A stretch of DNA of 63,939 nt, the filler included, from Saprolegnia diclina VS20 (taxonomy: Eukaryota), in NCBI RefSeq assembly GCF_000281045.1. It is 10 parts of 3 records of this genome, joined end to end, with 100 filler letters (N's around TTAATTAATTAA, not from the genome) between each part and the next. Parts side by side here need not be neighbours in the genome. Positions count along the whole stretch, not along the records: positions 32,059 to 55,858 come from NW_008246156.1; positions 55,959 to 58,016 come from NW_008246157.1; positions 58,117 to 59,760 come from NW_008246158.1; 7 more parts are not named here. One strand, 5' to 3'. Positions 46,598 to 58,790 of the stretch are shown here, piece after piece. Within the stretch, counting starts at the first letter, position 1. Each line of letters opens with the position of its first letter. Under the pieces are notes generated by a model, which saw only the letters and a list, made by a program, of their open reading frames with translations, was not told the DNA's origin and did no database searches. Position numbers and translations under genes: made by a program.

Positions 46598-48289
46598 TTA
46601 CAGCTTGTTGAAAAACTCGGCCGGGTGCTGGGGCCCGTCGGCCTCGGGGCGCGCGTCCGGGTTCTCGAAGGCCTCGTGCACGTCGAGAGGGGCCTTGGGC
46701 GGCGCCTACGCAAGTACGCGCTATGCGACTGTGACACACGCGTCGTCGACGTACGTGGTGGAAGGGCACGCTCGGCACGGGCTCGATCTGGCGCAGCTGC
46801 TCAAACAAGCGCTCCTACATCAATTCAGCATCCACCCAAATGGCCGACGCGTACCTTCATGTCGTGGAGGTAGCTGGGCGTGTTGAGGTTCTCCATGTTG
46901 CTCACAGGCATGTGCACGCGGTACTCGGGCCCAAAGTACTCAAAGTAGTCGTTGTACGGCATCGCATCCTAGAGTCTCGTCGTCAGACTTCCGACTTCAG
47001 TTGCGAAGCTACCGGGATCTCGACGCCGAGCGCCACGGACGTCTCGTAGCACCAGCAGCGCGGCACGTTCCGGAGCGTGTAGCCACCGCCGCCCAGCACG
47101 AGCATCGGGATGTTGAACGACTTGACAAACGCAACGCAATCGCCGTGGCCCTTGACGCTGAGGTTGAAGCAGCCGAGACGGTCGCCCGAGAGCGAGTCGG
47201 CGCCGCACTGGAGCACGACGGCCCCTGGCGCAAAGTGCTCCATGACCTTGGAGATGACCTAATCTCAAAGCGTTGAGAGGTGCGAAGGACGCTGCGAGCG
47301 TACCGCACGGAAGATGGACGTGAAGCTCTCGTCGTCCATGCCATCGCGGCATGGGAAGTTGACCGAGTAGTTCTTGCCTTCGCCGTACCCAACGTCCTAT
47401 GAAGATGACATTGGCGCATGAGACGCGATCGATGTCTACCTTGATGTCGCCGGTGCCAGGGAAATACTCGCCATACTTGTGGAACGAGACCGTCATGACG
47501 CGGTTGGTCGTGTAGAAGGCCTCTTCGACGCCATCGCCGTGGTGGATGTCGATGTCAATGTACAGCACCCGCGCGTGCTCCCTAGTACGATCAGCCTCTA
47601 CGTTCTCATTGCTGCAAAGTTGGAGTTTATGTACTTGAGCAGTTCGAGGATGCCGAGGACGCAGTCGTTCACGTAGCAAAAGCCGGACGCTTCCGAGCGC
47701 TTGGCGTGGTGCAAGCCGCCGCCCCAGTTGATGACAATGTCGGCGCTCTTGTCGTTGAGGCGCGCGGCGCCGCCGATCGAGCCGCTGGCCGAGAGCTGGC
47801 AAAACTCAAAGAGGCCGTCAAAGACCGGGCAGTCTTCGCCGACGTTGAAGCGCTGGAGCTGGCGCAGGTAGTTGTGCATGTTGTCGGGCGTGACTGTGCG
47901 CAGAAAGTGAATGTAGTCGTCCGAGTGGAAGCGCGTGAGGTCTTCCCAGCCCACGAGTTGAGGCCGCTACACCATTGCTGTGACATGAGCGCCATGGACC
48001 GATGCGAGCAAATGCATACAAAGATGCGCATGTGCTTGGTCAAGCCGTAGTTGGTCACGAGGTTGTGCGTCATGCGCACGCGGTGCGGCTAACCATACCA
48101 CGTCAGCGGCCAGTGTCGTTGCCGGCGCGTACCTTCATCGGGTGGTTGGGGCCGTAGTGGTAGTTGCCAATCTCGGCTACGTAGCGAGCCATGAACATTG
48201 CGCCACCGTACAAAGAGGCGGCTACAGTCGTAGAAGTAGGACACGCGCTTCTTCACGGTGCCATGCACGTCCGCCATGGTCACTGGCAT
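46598..48289 (-). CDS. HDAC1: Class I (RPD3/HDAC1-like) histone deacetylase, canonical copy; many short introns
   Basis: [73 protein letters not shown]. Ends AEFFNKL*. Confidence 0.95.
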
Positions 48290-48831
48290 CGTCGCGGCCT
48301 CTGCTTTGCTCCAACGCCAAATGTATGGGATCTCGGAGGCTCGCACACTATTTCAGTGCATCGAAGCACTTTTAGCGTTGCGGCAACGATGGACCTGCAA
48401 GCTCCTGACGTTGTCCTTGGTCACTGCCTCTATGTGATGCCAAGACTGCGACGTAGCCTTGCCTGAGGCCCTTGTTTCTACAGCATTGTACGTATCGACT
48501 GTCATACAGCCCTGAGATCTCCAAGCAAGATACCTCCATTGTAGCCTCGAGTTTCCTGCAGTTCAGACAGCCCATGGACCCTGTACGTGATGCACTGGAA
48601 ACTGCACTAGATTGCAAGTGTGCACAGAGACTGTGGAGGTCCTGGCGCTCGGCGCGGCTCCAAGGTATTGAAACAGCAGCATGCGTGTCAACGAGACGCA
48701 CACTATTTCCGTGGATCCGCTGGTTCAACTATCAATTGCCGGAGATCTTATCGAATACCAGAGGTTTTATGTGAACGTCAACATTATGGAACGTTGAAGG
48801 ATATGCATAAAGAAGGTAGTCGACCACGGTC

Positions 48832-49342
48832 ATGGAGGTCGAGACCGCAACCGCCAAGCCCGCGTCGAGCCGGCTCTCGTACGCCGACATCTTCCAGCTC
48901 TTCCACGCCGAAGATGCAGGAAGCGCAGAGAAGCTCCTAGCGGAGTACGAAGCCGTGCGCCTGGACGCCAAGGAGAATGGCGGCTCTGTCTTTGGCGACG
49001 ACGAGGTGGCAGCGTGTCGTAGCATCCACTGGGTCTCACGCCTGCTATGCATTCTAGTCGAGCGACGAAGATGGGCCTCGTACGCCGTCGTCGCGTAGCC
49101 AGTCTAGCTCAAGCAACCAAGCCCGGCGAGCGAACGACGCGTCCAACAAGCGGCCACACGTACGGACCCGACGTCGATCGCACGATCTCATGGCGTATGT
49201 CTAGTCGCAAATCTCGGACGATGGCCCTCGCGCGTATGGGCGCGGGCGCATGGCGGCGCAGTCAGGCCGGCAGCCCAAGGTGAAAAAGTCCAAGCTCATG
49301 CAAAAGCTCACGGGCCGCAAGAACGGACGACCAATTGTTTAA
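48832..49342 (+). CDS. Small hypothetical protein; exons ~48832-49005, 49058-49159, 49205-49342
   Basis: Two GT-AG introns (52 and 45 nt) join a continuous ORF with a basic C-terminus (KVKKSKLMQKLTGRK). Confidence 0.55.
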
Positions 49343-49697
49343 CACGAGCTCATAGCTCGCGATGCTTGCGCTCGTCTACCTCGTCCTTGCATGTGCAGCT
49401 ACACCCAGCATCTCGCGATGGGCACAGCGACTGTAGTCTCTTGGCCACTGTGGAGGACAGCCCCCAGAATCGTAGGCTGCACTCGTAGCTTCGCTGGTCA
49501 ATCCCTAAAGGGCCATCGAGACGAGCCAAAACGCACTAGCCCGGACAATTCTAGCTTCTACTCGCTCATCCCAGAGGAGCTATTGAGCAAGGAGCTGGCA
49601 TGGCGGTCGCAGCAAGGAGCGCCGTGGTCCTCGGCTGTCCGGACGCTCGTCGCGCAGACACGTATGCGATTGGTCGAAACTTCCAATCCGCCGGGCG

Positions 49698-49711
49698 TTG
49701 ATTGGCTAAAA
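49698..49711 (+). promoter_or_regulatory. CCAAT box (oomycete TGATTGGCT-type)
   Basis: ttgattggctaaaa ~50 nt upstream of ATG 49759. Confidence 0.6.
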
Positions 49712-49758
49712 TAGAATTTTACGTGAGGCCATATTCTCAAAGACATTGGACGGTCGAG

Positions 49759-52512
49759 ATGGACGTACTCGACGACTGCGAGGTCGCGCTCAAGGCCGGT
49801 GGCAGCGGCCAGGAGACCGCCATCAACGACATCCTTGACCTGCTCAGCGCTCCAGCCGAAGGAGCGCCGGACGCCGTGAAGAGCCGTGCGGCGCAGATCC
49901 TCGCTGCAAACTTCAATGAGGTCGCGGACATGGCCGATCGCATCGTCGAGACGCTCGTGGGCATGGGCGCGGCCGGTACCAAGCACGCGACATCCGTGCG
50001 CATCCACACGATCGTGAGCTTGTCTAATATCGTCAAGCACGCAACCGAGCCCTTGGCGCCGGCGGCCCTTGAGCAGATTCGCGACTTTGCCTCCGCGACG
50101 CTCTCGACCGAAACCAGCGGCGTCATTGTGCGCCACCTCACGGGCTTGACCAAACTCGTCGGAAGACCAAGCGCGATCAAGGCCAAAGTCGCTTCTCCTC
50201 CTACTACGCCCAAGCAGGACGTCGCGCCAACGCCGTCGCCGTCGCCCTCCCCGCCCCGTACGACGGACGCGTCGCCTTGCGCCGAGTCTGGCCGCCTCGA
50301 TGCGCCGCTCACGGCAGAAGAGGTGCTGCAGCGTGAGAGTGAGGCACGGCGCGAGAAGTTCCGTCTCGAAGAGAAGCGCCGCCAGGATAGGCGAAAAGGT
50401 ACGATTCTCCATCTCGCGTCTCTTGGCTGACAACAGAGTAGAGCTTGCCGTGCCGCCGACGCCGTATCTGTACATTCGCCACTTCCCGAGCGAAGCGACG
50501 CCTGCGCAGTTTGCCACGTACTTTAACCACGTGGACCCAGGCATGATGCCACGCGACGTGGTGCTGCACTTGGCCAACGGCGCACGCCACGCGTTTGTCA
50601 AGTTTGGGACCACCGAGCTCGCGACGAAAGCGATCGCGCTCTCGGCGGAGAAGGCCTTTGACGAGACTTTTTGGCTGCCGGTCGCCTACGCGCGCGGCCC
50701 GATCGTCTCGACTGTTGACTTTCACATTTACGGCAGCTCGTTCCCGACCGACTGGACGAAGCACAGTACGCTGTGGGCGCACACGGTCTCGCACTTTGCG
50801 CGCAAGTACGGCAGCAATAGCAGTCACTGGGCCGTCCGGTCGCCCGGCGTCATTTGGTTTGCGTCCAAGTCGATCACGCAGCACCTCGTCTTGAAGGGCG
50901 TCCAGATCGACGACAAGCAGCTCGTCGTTGTTTACAACGTGGCCGACCAGCGCCGCGGCGACGGGCGCATCGGTAGCACGGCCCCTTTGCAGCTTGTTCT
51001 GAGCGTTTGACGCTAGGCGACCGCACCTCGGACGATGGCAAGAACAGATCCGACGACCGCGAGCGCAAACTCGACCCGCCGCCGCGCGCCAACGAGCCGT
51101 CGTCGCGTCGGTACGGCGAGCCCGAAATGTCGCGGTATGGTCCAGTTGGCGGCAAGGACGACCGCCGGTCCGGCTCGGAGCGCGACCGCAGTCCCGTGCG
51201 CAAGCCAACGGTGGGCGAGCTGGCCAAGGAGCGGTCGCGGTCGCGGGACCGACGTGCTTCCCCAGAGCGCATGCGTCGCGCCAGTCCACCGCGTGGCCGC
51301 CCGGCTGCGCGGTCGCGGTCGCGAGATGGCCCCATGCGTCGGTCGCCGCCTCCGATGCGTCGGTCGCCACCACCGATGCGCCCGTCGGTGCGAACGTTGG
51401 CGCGGTCGCCGGAGCGTTCCGCTCGACGGTCACGATCGCCCGTGCGCCCCGCTATGCGGTCCCCGGTACGTCCGCGCTCGCCCATGCGTCGGTCTCCGGT
51501 GCGCCAGCGCTCGCCGCCGCGTCGGTCGCCGATGCGTCCGCGCTCGCCCATGCGCCGGTCGCCCATGCGGCGGTCGGTCGGCCGTCCACGCTCGCCCATG
51601 CGTCGATCGCCCATGCGCCCACCGTCGCCCGGCCGTCCACGCTCGCCCATGCGTCGGTCGCCGCAACCGCACGTGCGTCCGCGGTCTCCGATGCGCCGGT
51701 CTCCGGTGCGTCAGCCGTCGCCGCCCCGCTCTCTTCCGATGCGGTCGCGATCGCGGTCGCCCATGCCCAATCCGGATCGTCGATCGCGCTCCCGGGAGCA
51801 GCGGCGTCTCGGGTCGCCGATGATCCAGCAAGGCCGCCGGTCGCCGGGTCGCGCGCCACCGAGTCGGCCTCGGACACCGTCGCCGCGTCGCGACGTCCCT
51901 CGCCCGCAGCGGTCCCGGTCCCGCGACCTCGAGCGGCGCGAGAGCAGCCTGCGCAACTCGCCGCGCCCGGCCACACCCGAGCGCCGCCCCTCGCTGCGGG
52001 ATGACGTGAGCCGAAGGGACCGCGTCGAAGTGCTGCGCCAAGAAGAAGGGCGGGTGCTGCCCCGCACCAATTCGGCGCGGTCTCAGCGATCGCGGTCGCG
52101 GTCCCGCCCCGCCCGGAGCGCGGCGGCCCGACCGAGCTCCAGTGCGAGTGACGTGGCCAAGCCGACGACAACGATCAAGGCCGAGGCGCGGGACACGCGG
52201 TCGCTGGCCGAAATCGCGCGCGAGGCGGCGGCGAAGCGCCCGTCGATCTCGGAGACGCACAACGTGGTGCGCGAGCAGCCGGACTACAGTAACGTGGTCT
52301 TTGACCCGCTGCCGGTGGCCAAGGAAGACGGCCCGATCATGGCGCCGTTGCTGCAGTCGCTGCGCCAGAGCGGTAACGACACGCCGCGGTCGGTCGCCTC
52401 GGACGACAGCTCGTCGCTCTCGATCAAGAGCCTCCTCAACCCCAAGCCCGTGCGTCGGGGCGTCGAGCTGGACGAGCTGGCCGTCGACTATGATGATGAC
52501 GACGACGAGTAG
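49759..52512 (+). CDS. RRM-containing SR/RS-rich nuclear protein; 3 exons
   Basis: Helical N-terminus, RRM (YLYIRHFP...RHAFVKFGT), then long RSP(M/V)R repeats. Introns at ~50399-50440 and ~50972-51016. Confidence 0.8.
51330..51770 (+). repeat. Coding tandem repeats (RSPMR/RSPVR units)
   Basis: Recurring cgctcgcccatgcg(t/c)cggtc units within the RS protein. Confidence 0.8.
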
Positions 52513-52628
52513 ACGCATGCCAGCCGCAGCATTTATACCCCTTATATAGCCCAACCCTATATCCCTTCTAGTCCCTTCTAGACGACACATACGTAGGAGT
52601 AGTGGCATTTAGGGTACACGGAGACGAT

Positions 52629-53760
52629 CTACGAGGCATTGATGTACTTCTTGAACGGCGCGATCGGGAGCTCGTGGGACGTCTTGGCGACCGGGTGGAA
52701 GAGGCCGGCGGGGCGCGGCAGGAGCGCCATGTCGGCGATCGAGCCCTTGACGAAGTTCATCGTCCGCAGCGCTTGGCGCGAGACCGAGTCCCAAACGCGC
52801 ACGACGCCGTCGTCGTCGCCCGAGATGACAAAGCGCCCGCAGAGGCTTACGACGAGCGTCGTCACCGGGTGTTCGTGGCCGACAAAGCCGTCGGCGCTCA
52901 GCGTCTCTTGCGAGAACGGCGCGCCGTCCGCCGCCAGCACGACGCGGGCGTGGGCCGCGGTCGCAGCTGTCGCGGCCGCGTGCAGATCGACGACGTAGAT
53001 GCGGCCGTCGCCGGCGCCGAGGAAGAGGCGGTGCTCCATCGCATCGGGCACGACCACGTTGACGTACGAAGGGCACGTGACCGAGACGAGCGCCCGGCCG
53101 TGCACGATGTCCCACACTTTGGCCGTGCGGTCGAGCGACGCAGTGAAGATGCGCCCGCCAAAGCCGCAGTGCACATGCGTGATCGGGAGCACGTGGTCGG
53201 TCCACGTGTGCAATGGCGAGAGCCCTTGGTTGAGCGTCGAGCCTTCGTGGGACGCGTCGAGGATGTCGAGGAGGCGCCACACGTGCACGACGGCGTCTTC
53301 GCCGCCCGAGACAAGGAACGCGTCGTCCGGCGTCAAGGCGAGCGCCGAGACCTAGGCGTCATGCGGAACTCCGACAATATGATGAGATGGATGGTCGTAC
53401 CGCCTTGTAGTGGCCGTCCCAGACGTGAAGGAGCGCGCCGGTCGCGACGCACCAGACGTAGATCTTGCCGGAGGCGCCGCCGGCGATGCAGAAGTTGCCG
53501 TCGCGCGTCGCGATGAGCGGGCCCATGGGCTCAGTCACGTGGCACTTGAGCGTCGGGACGTCCTTGCCCCACATGTGCATGTGCAGCGCGAGCTTGCCGG
53601 GCTGGATCGTGATGAGATGGCCGGTGCGGGGCACGACGGCGAGGCCATGGCGCGCGCAGGAGGAGCCCTTGAAGAGGAAGAGCTGCGACGAGCACGACGG
53701 GTCGACGACGTACACGTTGCCGTCCTTGCTCGAGCCGAGGACGAGCACTTGATCTTCCAT
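52629..53760 (-). CDS. WDR18: WD40 protein WDR18/IPI3 (Rix1 complex); 2 exons
   Basis: IAGGASGKIYVWCVATGALL..WDGHYKAV, FLVSGGEDAVVHVW, WTDHVLPIT, TASLDRTAKVWD. Confidence 0.85.
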
Positions 53761-54681
53761 CTTATTTGATTGTTGCTGGCCAATTGATGCTCGCGAGACC
53801 GGGTGGGGGTCCTACCCCTTTCACTTTTGTGTTTTTATCACCTGTGGTATGTATGCTATTTTCATTTTGTGCATATTTTATAAGGGGGACCTCGACCCAT
53901 GGTAGGCCTGCGTCTTGGCGCCATCTGCATCAGCACCACCGACGCAACCCCTTGCTGCAACCGAACGGTTCGTCCAGCCGACTCGAGCCACCACCGGGAT
54001 ATCGGAAGGCTCTCTTAACGACCCTCGATTCGTAGTCTCCTATTGCTAGTCGCTCGGACTCCAAGTCTCGTAGCTGTACTCCAGCCGTCGCAGAGTAGCT
54101 CCTTGAACCCTTCTGGGAGTCTAATGCTCAATAGCGTCCACAATGACTAGTCGTAACGGAGATCTCGTCGCTCGCTGTGCTTCACGGCTGAAGACGCAGT
54201 AGAATGACTCTAGTCGCAAGGAATAAACTAAAATATTACATGAGCCCAACGCTAGATGCTTCAAGCATCGACATCGGAGAGATAGGACATGGCTGCTCGT
54301 GCAACTGCCCACGTCATCCATGCGAGTGATCGCGCAAGGACGCCGCTTCGCTCGAAGAAGAAGGTCTGGGCATCCTACCCTTCGTCCGCTGCGCCGCGAG
54401 TACCGTCACGTGGCGACGACAGCGCTCGTTAGCTACCTCTGGACCGGCGAGCGGTTCGGTCCGACGACTGGTATGGGCGACCATCGCGGGACCTTCCTCC
54501 TACCCTCCATCTCCATGCTCATCCTCTGTCTGCCAACGACCACTGCCCCGGAGGCGACTCGTGCATGGTCGACGACGTGTGGGCTGCTCGTGGCAAATTG
54601 GGCACTGGAAGTTTCAACCTCTGAAAACAAATACATATGGCCTATACTGCGACAGTCGATACACCCGCGGTCAAGCTTCCA

Positions 54682-54699
54682 GCTCATTCACCAAGTTGC
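54682..54699 (+). promoter_or_regulatory. INR/FPR core promoter of the second HDAC
   Basis: gctcattcaccaagttgc just upstream of ATG 54708. Confidence 0.6.
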
Positions 54700-54707
54700 G
54701 AGCCAGC

Positions 54708-55858
54708 ATGCCACTGGCGTATGCTGATGCGCTGGGTACGCCCAAGAAGCGCGTCTCGTACTTCTACGACTGTACGTCCTTGCTAATCTTGCTCGTGGTG
54801 TTCATGCAGGTGGCGTAGCGGAGATCGGCAACTTTAGCTACGGGCCTGGGCACTGCTGGAAGGTACTCGAGCACACTCGTGCGCAGAGATCCGCTCACGC
54901 ATCGTAGCCGCACCGCGTGCGCATCACGCACAACCTGATTGTCAACTACGGCCTCGCCAAGCACATGCACGTCTTTGTACGCTGCCTCAAGATCGTCCTC
55001 CTCCACTCCGATCTTATGGCATGGTGTATAGCGGCCAGCGCTCGTTGGGGTCGAGGACCTCACGCGCTTCCACTCGGACGACTACATTCAGTTTCTGCGC
55101 ACAGTCACGCCCGACAACATGCACGAGCACTACCGCCAGCTGCAGCGGTTTGCGTTCAACGACGGCGGCGACTGCCCCGTCTTTGATGGCATGTACGAGT
55201 TTTGCCAGATCGCTGCGACAGGCTCGATCGGCGGCGCCGCGCGCCTCAACGACAAGAGCGCCGACATTGCCATCAACTGGGGCGGCGGCATGCACCACGC
55301 CAAGCGCTCGGAAGCGTCCGGCTTTTGCTTTGTCAATGACTGCAACCTCGGGATCCTCGAACTCCTCAAGTAGGATGATGATGACGCAAGGGTCGCCCAT
55401 ATAGCAATCGCTGACGTGACCCTACGACCCACTAGGGAGCACGCGCGGGTGCTGTACATTGATATCGACGTACACCACGGCGACGGCGTCGAAGAGGCCT
55501 TCTACACGACCAACCGCGTCATGACGGTCTCGTTCCACAAGTATGGCGGCGTCTTCTTCCCGTGCACGGGCAACGTCAAGGTAGAGGCATACCTCTGCAA
55601 AATAGGCGGCAAAGCTTTTACGTATAGGACATTGGGTACGGCGAAGGCAAGAACTACGCAGTCAACGTGCCGTGTCATGACGGCATGGACGACGAGAGCT
55701 TCATCGGCCTCTTCCGCGATGTACGTCCGCATGGCCTGGATGTTGTGACGACGCGACGAGCCGTTAGGTCATCTCCAAGGTCATGGAGCACTACGCGCCT
55801 GGGGCGATCGTACTTCAATGCGGCGCCGACTCGCTCTCGGGCGACCGCCTCGGCTGCT
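54708..55858 (+). CDS. Divergent class I histone deacetylase paralog, 3'-truncated by the contig end
   Basis: Same intron positions as the copy at 46598-48289. [18 protein letters not shown] and [12 protein letters not shown] are intact; HCWKP replaces HPMKP and FFPCTG replaces YFPGTG. Confidence 0.9.
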
Positions 55859-55960
55859 NNNNNNNNNNNNNNNNNNNNNNNNNNNNNNNNNNNNNNNNNN
55901 NNTTAATTAATTAANNNNNNNNNNNNNNNNNNNNNNNNNNNNNNNNNNNNNNNNNNNNTT

Positions 55961-57124
55961 TTGCCGCTACCCGTCCCGGACAGTTGCTGGCACACCGTCA
56001 CGGTCGACTGGATCTCTGGACTTCCGGTCTCGAAGGGCTACGACGCCATCATGACGTGTACATGCAAGCTCAGCAAGCGTTCCAAATACTGCGCGACGCA
56101 CACGACGACGGATGCCGCCAAGGCCGCCAAAGAGTTTTTTGACACGGTGGTTCGCCACCACGGTTTGCCCGAGGTCATTGTCTCGGACAGAGACCCGCGC
56201 TTCCGCAGCGAGTTTTGGAACGAGCTCATCAAGCACATGGGCATCAAGCACTTCAAGACCACTGCACACCGCGCCCAAGCCGACGGCCAGAGCGAGATTG
56301 CCAACCGCACGCTCGAAGACTCGCTCCGGTGCATGTGCTCCTACCTCGGCGATGATTGGTCGGATCATCTTGGCACGATCGAGTATGCTCACTGTGGCCT
56401 GGTCAACGGGTCCCACAACCTCACGCCATTTGAAGTTGACACCGGGCGCAAGCTGCGCAACCCGCTGTGGACAGACACGAGCGGCATGAGCAACGAGTAC
56501 GCCAAGAACTTTTCGCAACAACGCCAAGACAACATTGCGCTCGCCCAAGCCAACCTGCGCCGTGCCCAAGAGCGTCAGAAGCGCTATTACGACAAAGGCC
56601 GCTCTTCGACGACGTTCAAGGTCGGTGACATGGTCATGCTCGCGACGCGCGATCTCCCGTTGAAACACGCCCAAGTCCTCAGCCGCGACGAGCGTCCGAA
56701 GCTCGTGCCGCGTTGGATTGGCGCGTTCAAGATCATCAGCAAGGTCAACGAGAACGCCTACAAGCTCGAGTTGCCCGCCAGTATGCGTTCGCTCGACACC
56801 AACACGTTCAACGTTGACCGCCTCAAGCATGCTCCACCGCACCAAGCCCAGTACGACGGTCGCCCGCTGCCCAAAGCGACGCCCATTGTCTTCGACGACG
56901 AGACCGGAGAAGAGCTCCACGTCATCGAAGCGTTCCTCAAGAAGCGCACGTTCAACCGCAAGCCCGAGCTCCTCGTCAAGTGGCAGGGCCTGCCGGAACA
57001 CGAGGCCACGTGGGAATTGGTCAAGGACGTCAAGCACGTTGTGCACTTCCAGCGCTTGATCAAGGAGCTTGACGAACGTCGTCGTCGCCGCACGGATGAT
57101 GTCGACGAGCTTCCTGCCCAGTAG
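55961..57124 (+). CDS. Pol C-terminus (integrase core + chromodomain), 5'-truncated
   Basis: Uninterrupted 387-aa frame with D,D,E residues and a chromodomain. Confidence 0.9.
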   Translation: MPLPVPDSCWHTVTVDWISGLPVSKGYDAIMTCTCKLSKRSKYCATHTTTDAAKAAKEFFDTVVRHHGLPEVIVSDRDPRFRSEFWNELIKHMGIKHFKTTAHRAQADGQSEIANRTLEDSLRCMCSYLGDDWSDHLGTIEYAHCGLVNGSHNLTPFEVDTGRKLRNPLWTDTSGMSNEYAKNFSQQRQDNIALAQANLRRAQERQKRYYDKGRSSTTFKVGDMVMLATRDLPLKHAQVLSRDERPKLVPRWIGAFKIISKVNENAYKLELPASMRSLDTNTFNVDRLKHAPPHQAQYDGRPLPKATPIVFDDETGEELHVIEAFLKKRTFNRKPELLVKWQGLPEHEATWELVKDVKHVVHFQRLIKELDERRRRRTDDVDELPAQ

Positions 57125-57143
57125 CCGGACGTCTAGGGGAGTA

Positions 57144-57367
57144 TGTGGCGAATCTCGAGATTCAGAGGTCCGTCTCTGGTCTACGTGTCGCTGTGCACAC
57201 GTGGATCTACTCCGTAAGGACCGCACGAGGATTAGGGTTAGATCTGTGTCTGAGTTAGTAGCTAGTGCGCGTGTCTAGCAACAAGTCTAAGCTCAGGCTA
57301 ACCAAGTCATTGTTCAATCACCTCTTCTTCTCTCAAGCCAGCCAGCGACAGCGGACGCGCCGTCACA
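57144..57367 (+). repeat. 3' LTR (~224 bp)
   Basis: Follows polypurine tract aggggagta (57135-57143). Begins TGTGGCG and ends CGTCACA, an imperfect terminal inverted repeat. Confidence 0.75.
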
Positions 57368-57606
57368 AGGTGGAGCGACGACCATATTTGCTTTGGATGA
57401 GTGACAACAAAGTCACGACCAGTCTGCAGACGATTGCACGTGATATTGCGAGCGTCCACCGCTGCTTGAGCAAGCCTACTAATGTCTACTGATGAGATGG
57501 ATGACCCACCATACAACACTGCGATGTTTGAGTTTCGGCAGAACTGGTTTGGCTCGTTCATTGACCATACATGCATGTCATTGTTGCGATTTTAAGCGCC
57601 ACTTGT

Positions 57607-58016
57607 TTAATAAAGTGCGGGCAACGCGTCATCGAGCAGTGTTTGCAGCGTCGTGACGAGGTATGCGGCTGTCGGGCGATTGAGCGGGTCAGCGTCCACG
57701 CAACGACCGACGAGGTTTCGGTACCACACTTGACAGTCGTCGCGCAGCGTGGGGCGCAAGCCGCCATCGACAACCGCGGTCGTGAGCGCAACTTCGTCGT
57801 CGAAATCGTAGTCGTCAAACGGCAGCTGGTACGTGTCGAGCTCCGTCATGAGAATGCCAAACGCATAAATGTCCGAGGCAAACGACGGCGGCGAGTCGCC
57901 GGCGAGTACCTCGGGGGCCGTCCACGCCAGCAGCGCTTCGTCAGTCACCGACGTCCCGGGGACACCGACTTGGACACCGTTGATGCTGCTCATAAACACG
58001 TTGTGGCTCGAGACGT
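57607..58016 (-). CDS. TKL-type protein kinase C-lobe, 5'-truncated
   Basis: WTAPEVL, SDIYAFGILMTELDT..LPF, CVDADPLNRPTA. Confidence 0.85.
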
Positions 58017-58239
58017 NNNNNNNNNNNNNNNNNNNNNNNNNNNNNNNNNNNNNNNNNNNNTTAATTAATTAANNNNNNNNNNNNNNNNNNNNNNNNNNNN
58101 NNNNNNNNNNNNNNNNTCGGATCGACAAACCTCACGCCCGCCGTAGTGGCGCATAGCCAAAATGTAACAAACATTGGAAAATGCTGGGATTATTTTCAAC
58201 GGCCCACTACAAGTCGCTAGTGATGGATAGAGGTTGAAC

Positions 58240-58790
58240 GTGCTAATTTGCGGAGGTGGTCCATGTCGCAATGCAGCACCGCACCCGAGAAGGAGACGAT
58301 CGCTTGGATGTTGGACAAGGCCGTTGGCGTTGTGAGCAGGCGTGGTGCGAGGTACTGACGCATGTCGCGCGATTTGACCTTGAGCACTCTTGGACGAGTT
58401 CGTACACCGATGTGATACACTTGAGGAGGCGGAGATTGAGCTCGTCGATCGAGCGGTAGCCCATAGTCTTGTGGATGACATCAAACGCATCACCAGCCGC
58501 GTGGTGGACCTCGGGTAGTGCGTCGCAAAGAGCGTCTTCGACGACAAATCTCTCGACGATATCTTTGAGCTGCTTCCTGGGCGAGAACTGGATGACCTCG
58601 ACAAGACCCAAGCAGTAGCCCTGGCGCATGCCGGCGGGGCTCATCGAGTCGAGGCCCGCGCGCAGGATCGGGCCGACCTCGGGCATAACGAAGTACGCCA
58701 AGTCGCCAAGGAGCGAGATCGATGACTGACGAATGCGCCAGTTGTCGTAGAAGATACCATGAGGTTGCTCAAGCGGAGCGCTTCGCTCGT
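58240..58790 (-). pseudogene. GCN1: GCN1 fragment, frameshifted, copy 2
   Basis: GIFYDNWRIRQSSISLLGDL, RQGYCLGLVEVI, ALCDALPEV. DNA is colinear with 2627-3290. Confidence 0.8.

Larger units (their letters stand above)
55959..57367 (+). mobile_element. 3' end of a Ty3/Gypsy chromovirus: integrase + chromodomain, PPT and 3' LTR
   Basis: Integrase WHTVTVDWISGLP, IVSDRDPRF, ADGQSE; KLVPRWIGAFKI; chromodomain LLVKWQGLPEHEATWE; stop at 57124. Confidence 0.93.

Noticed and set aside
50309..52608. Several long minus-strand and alternate-frame ORFs
   Set aside because: They are by-products of the GC-rich RSP repeats.
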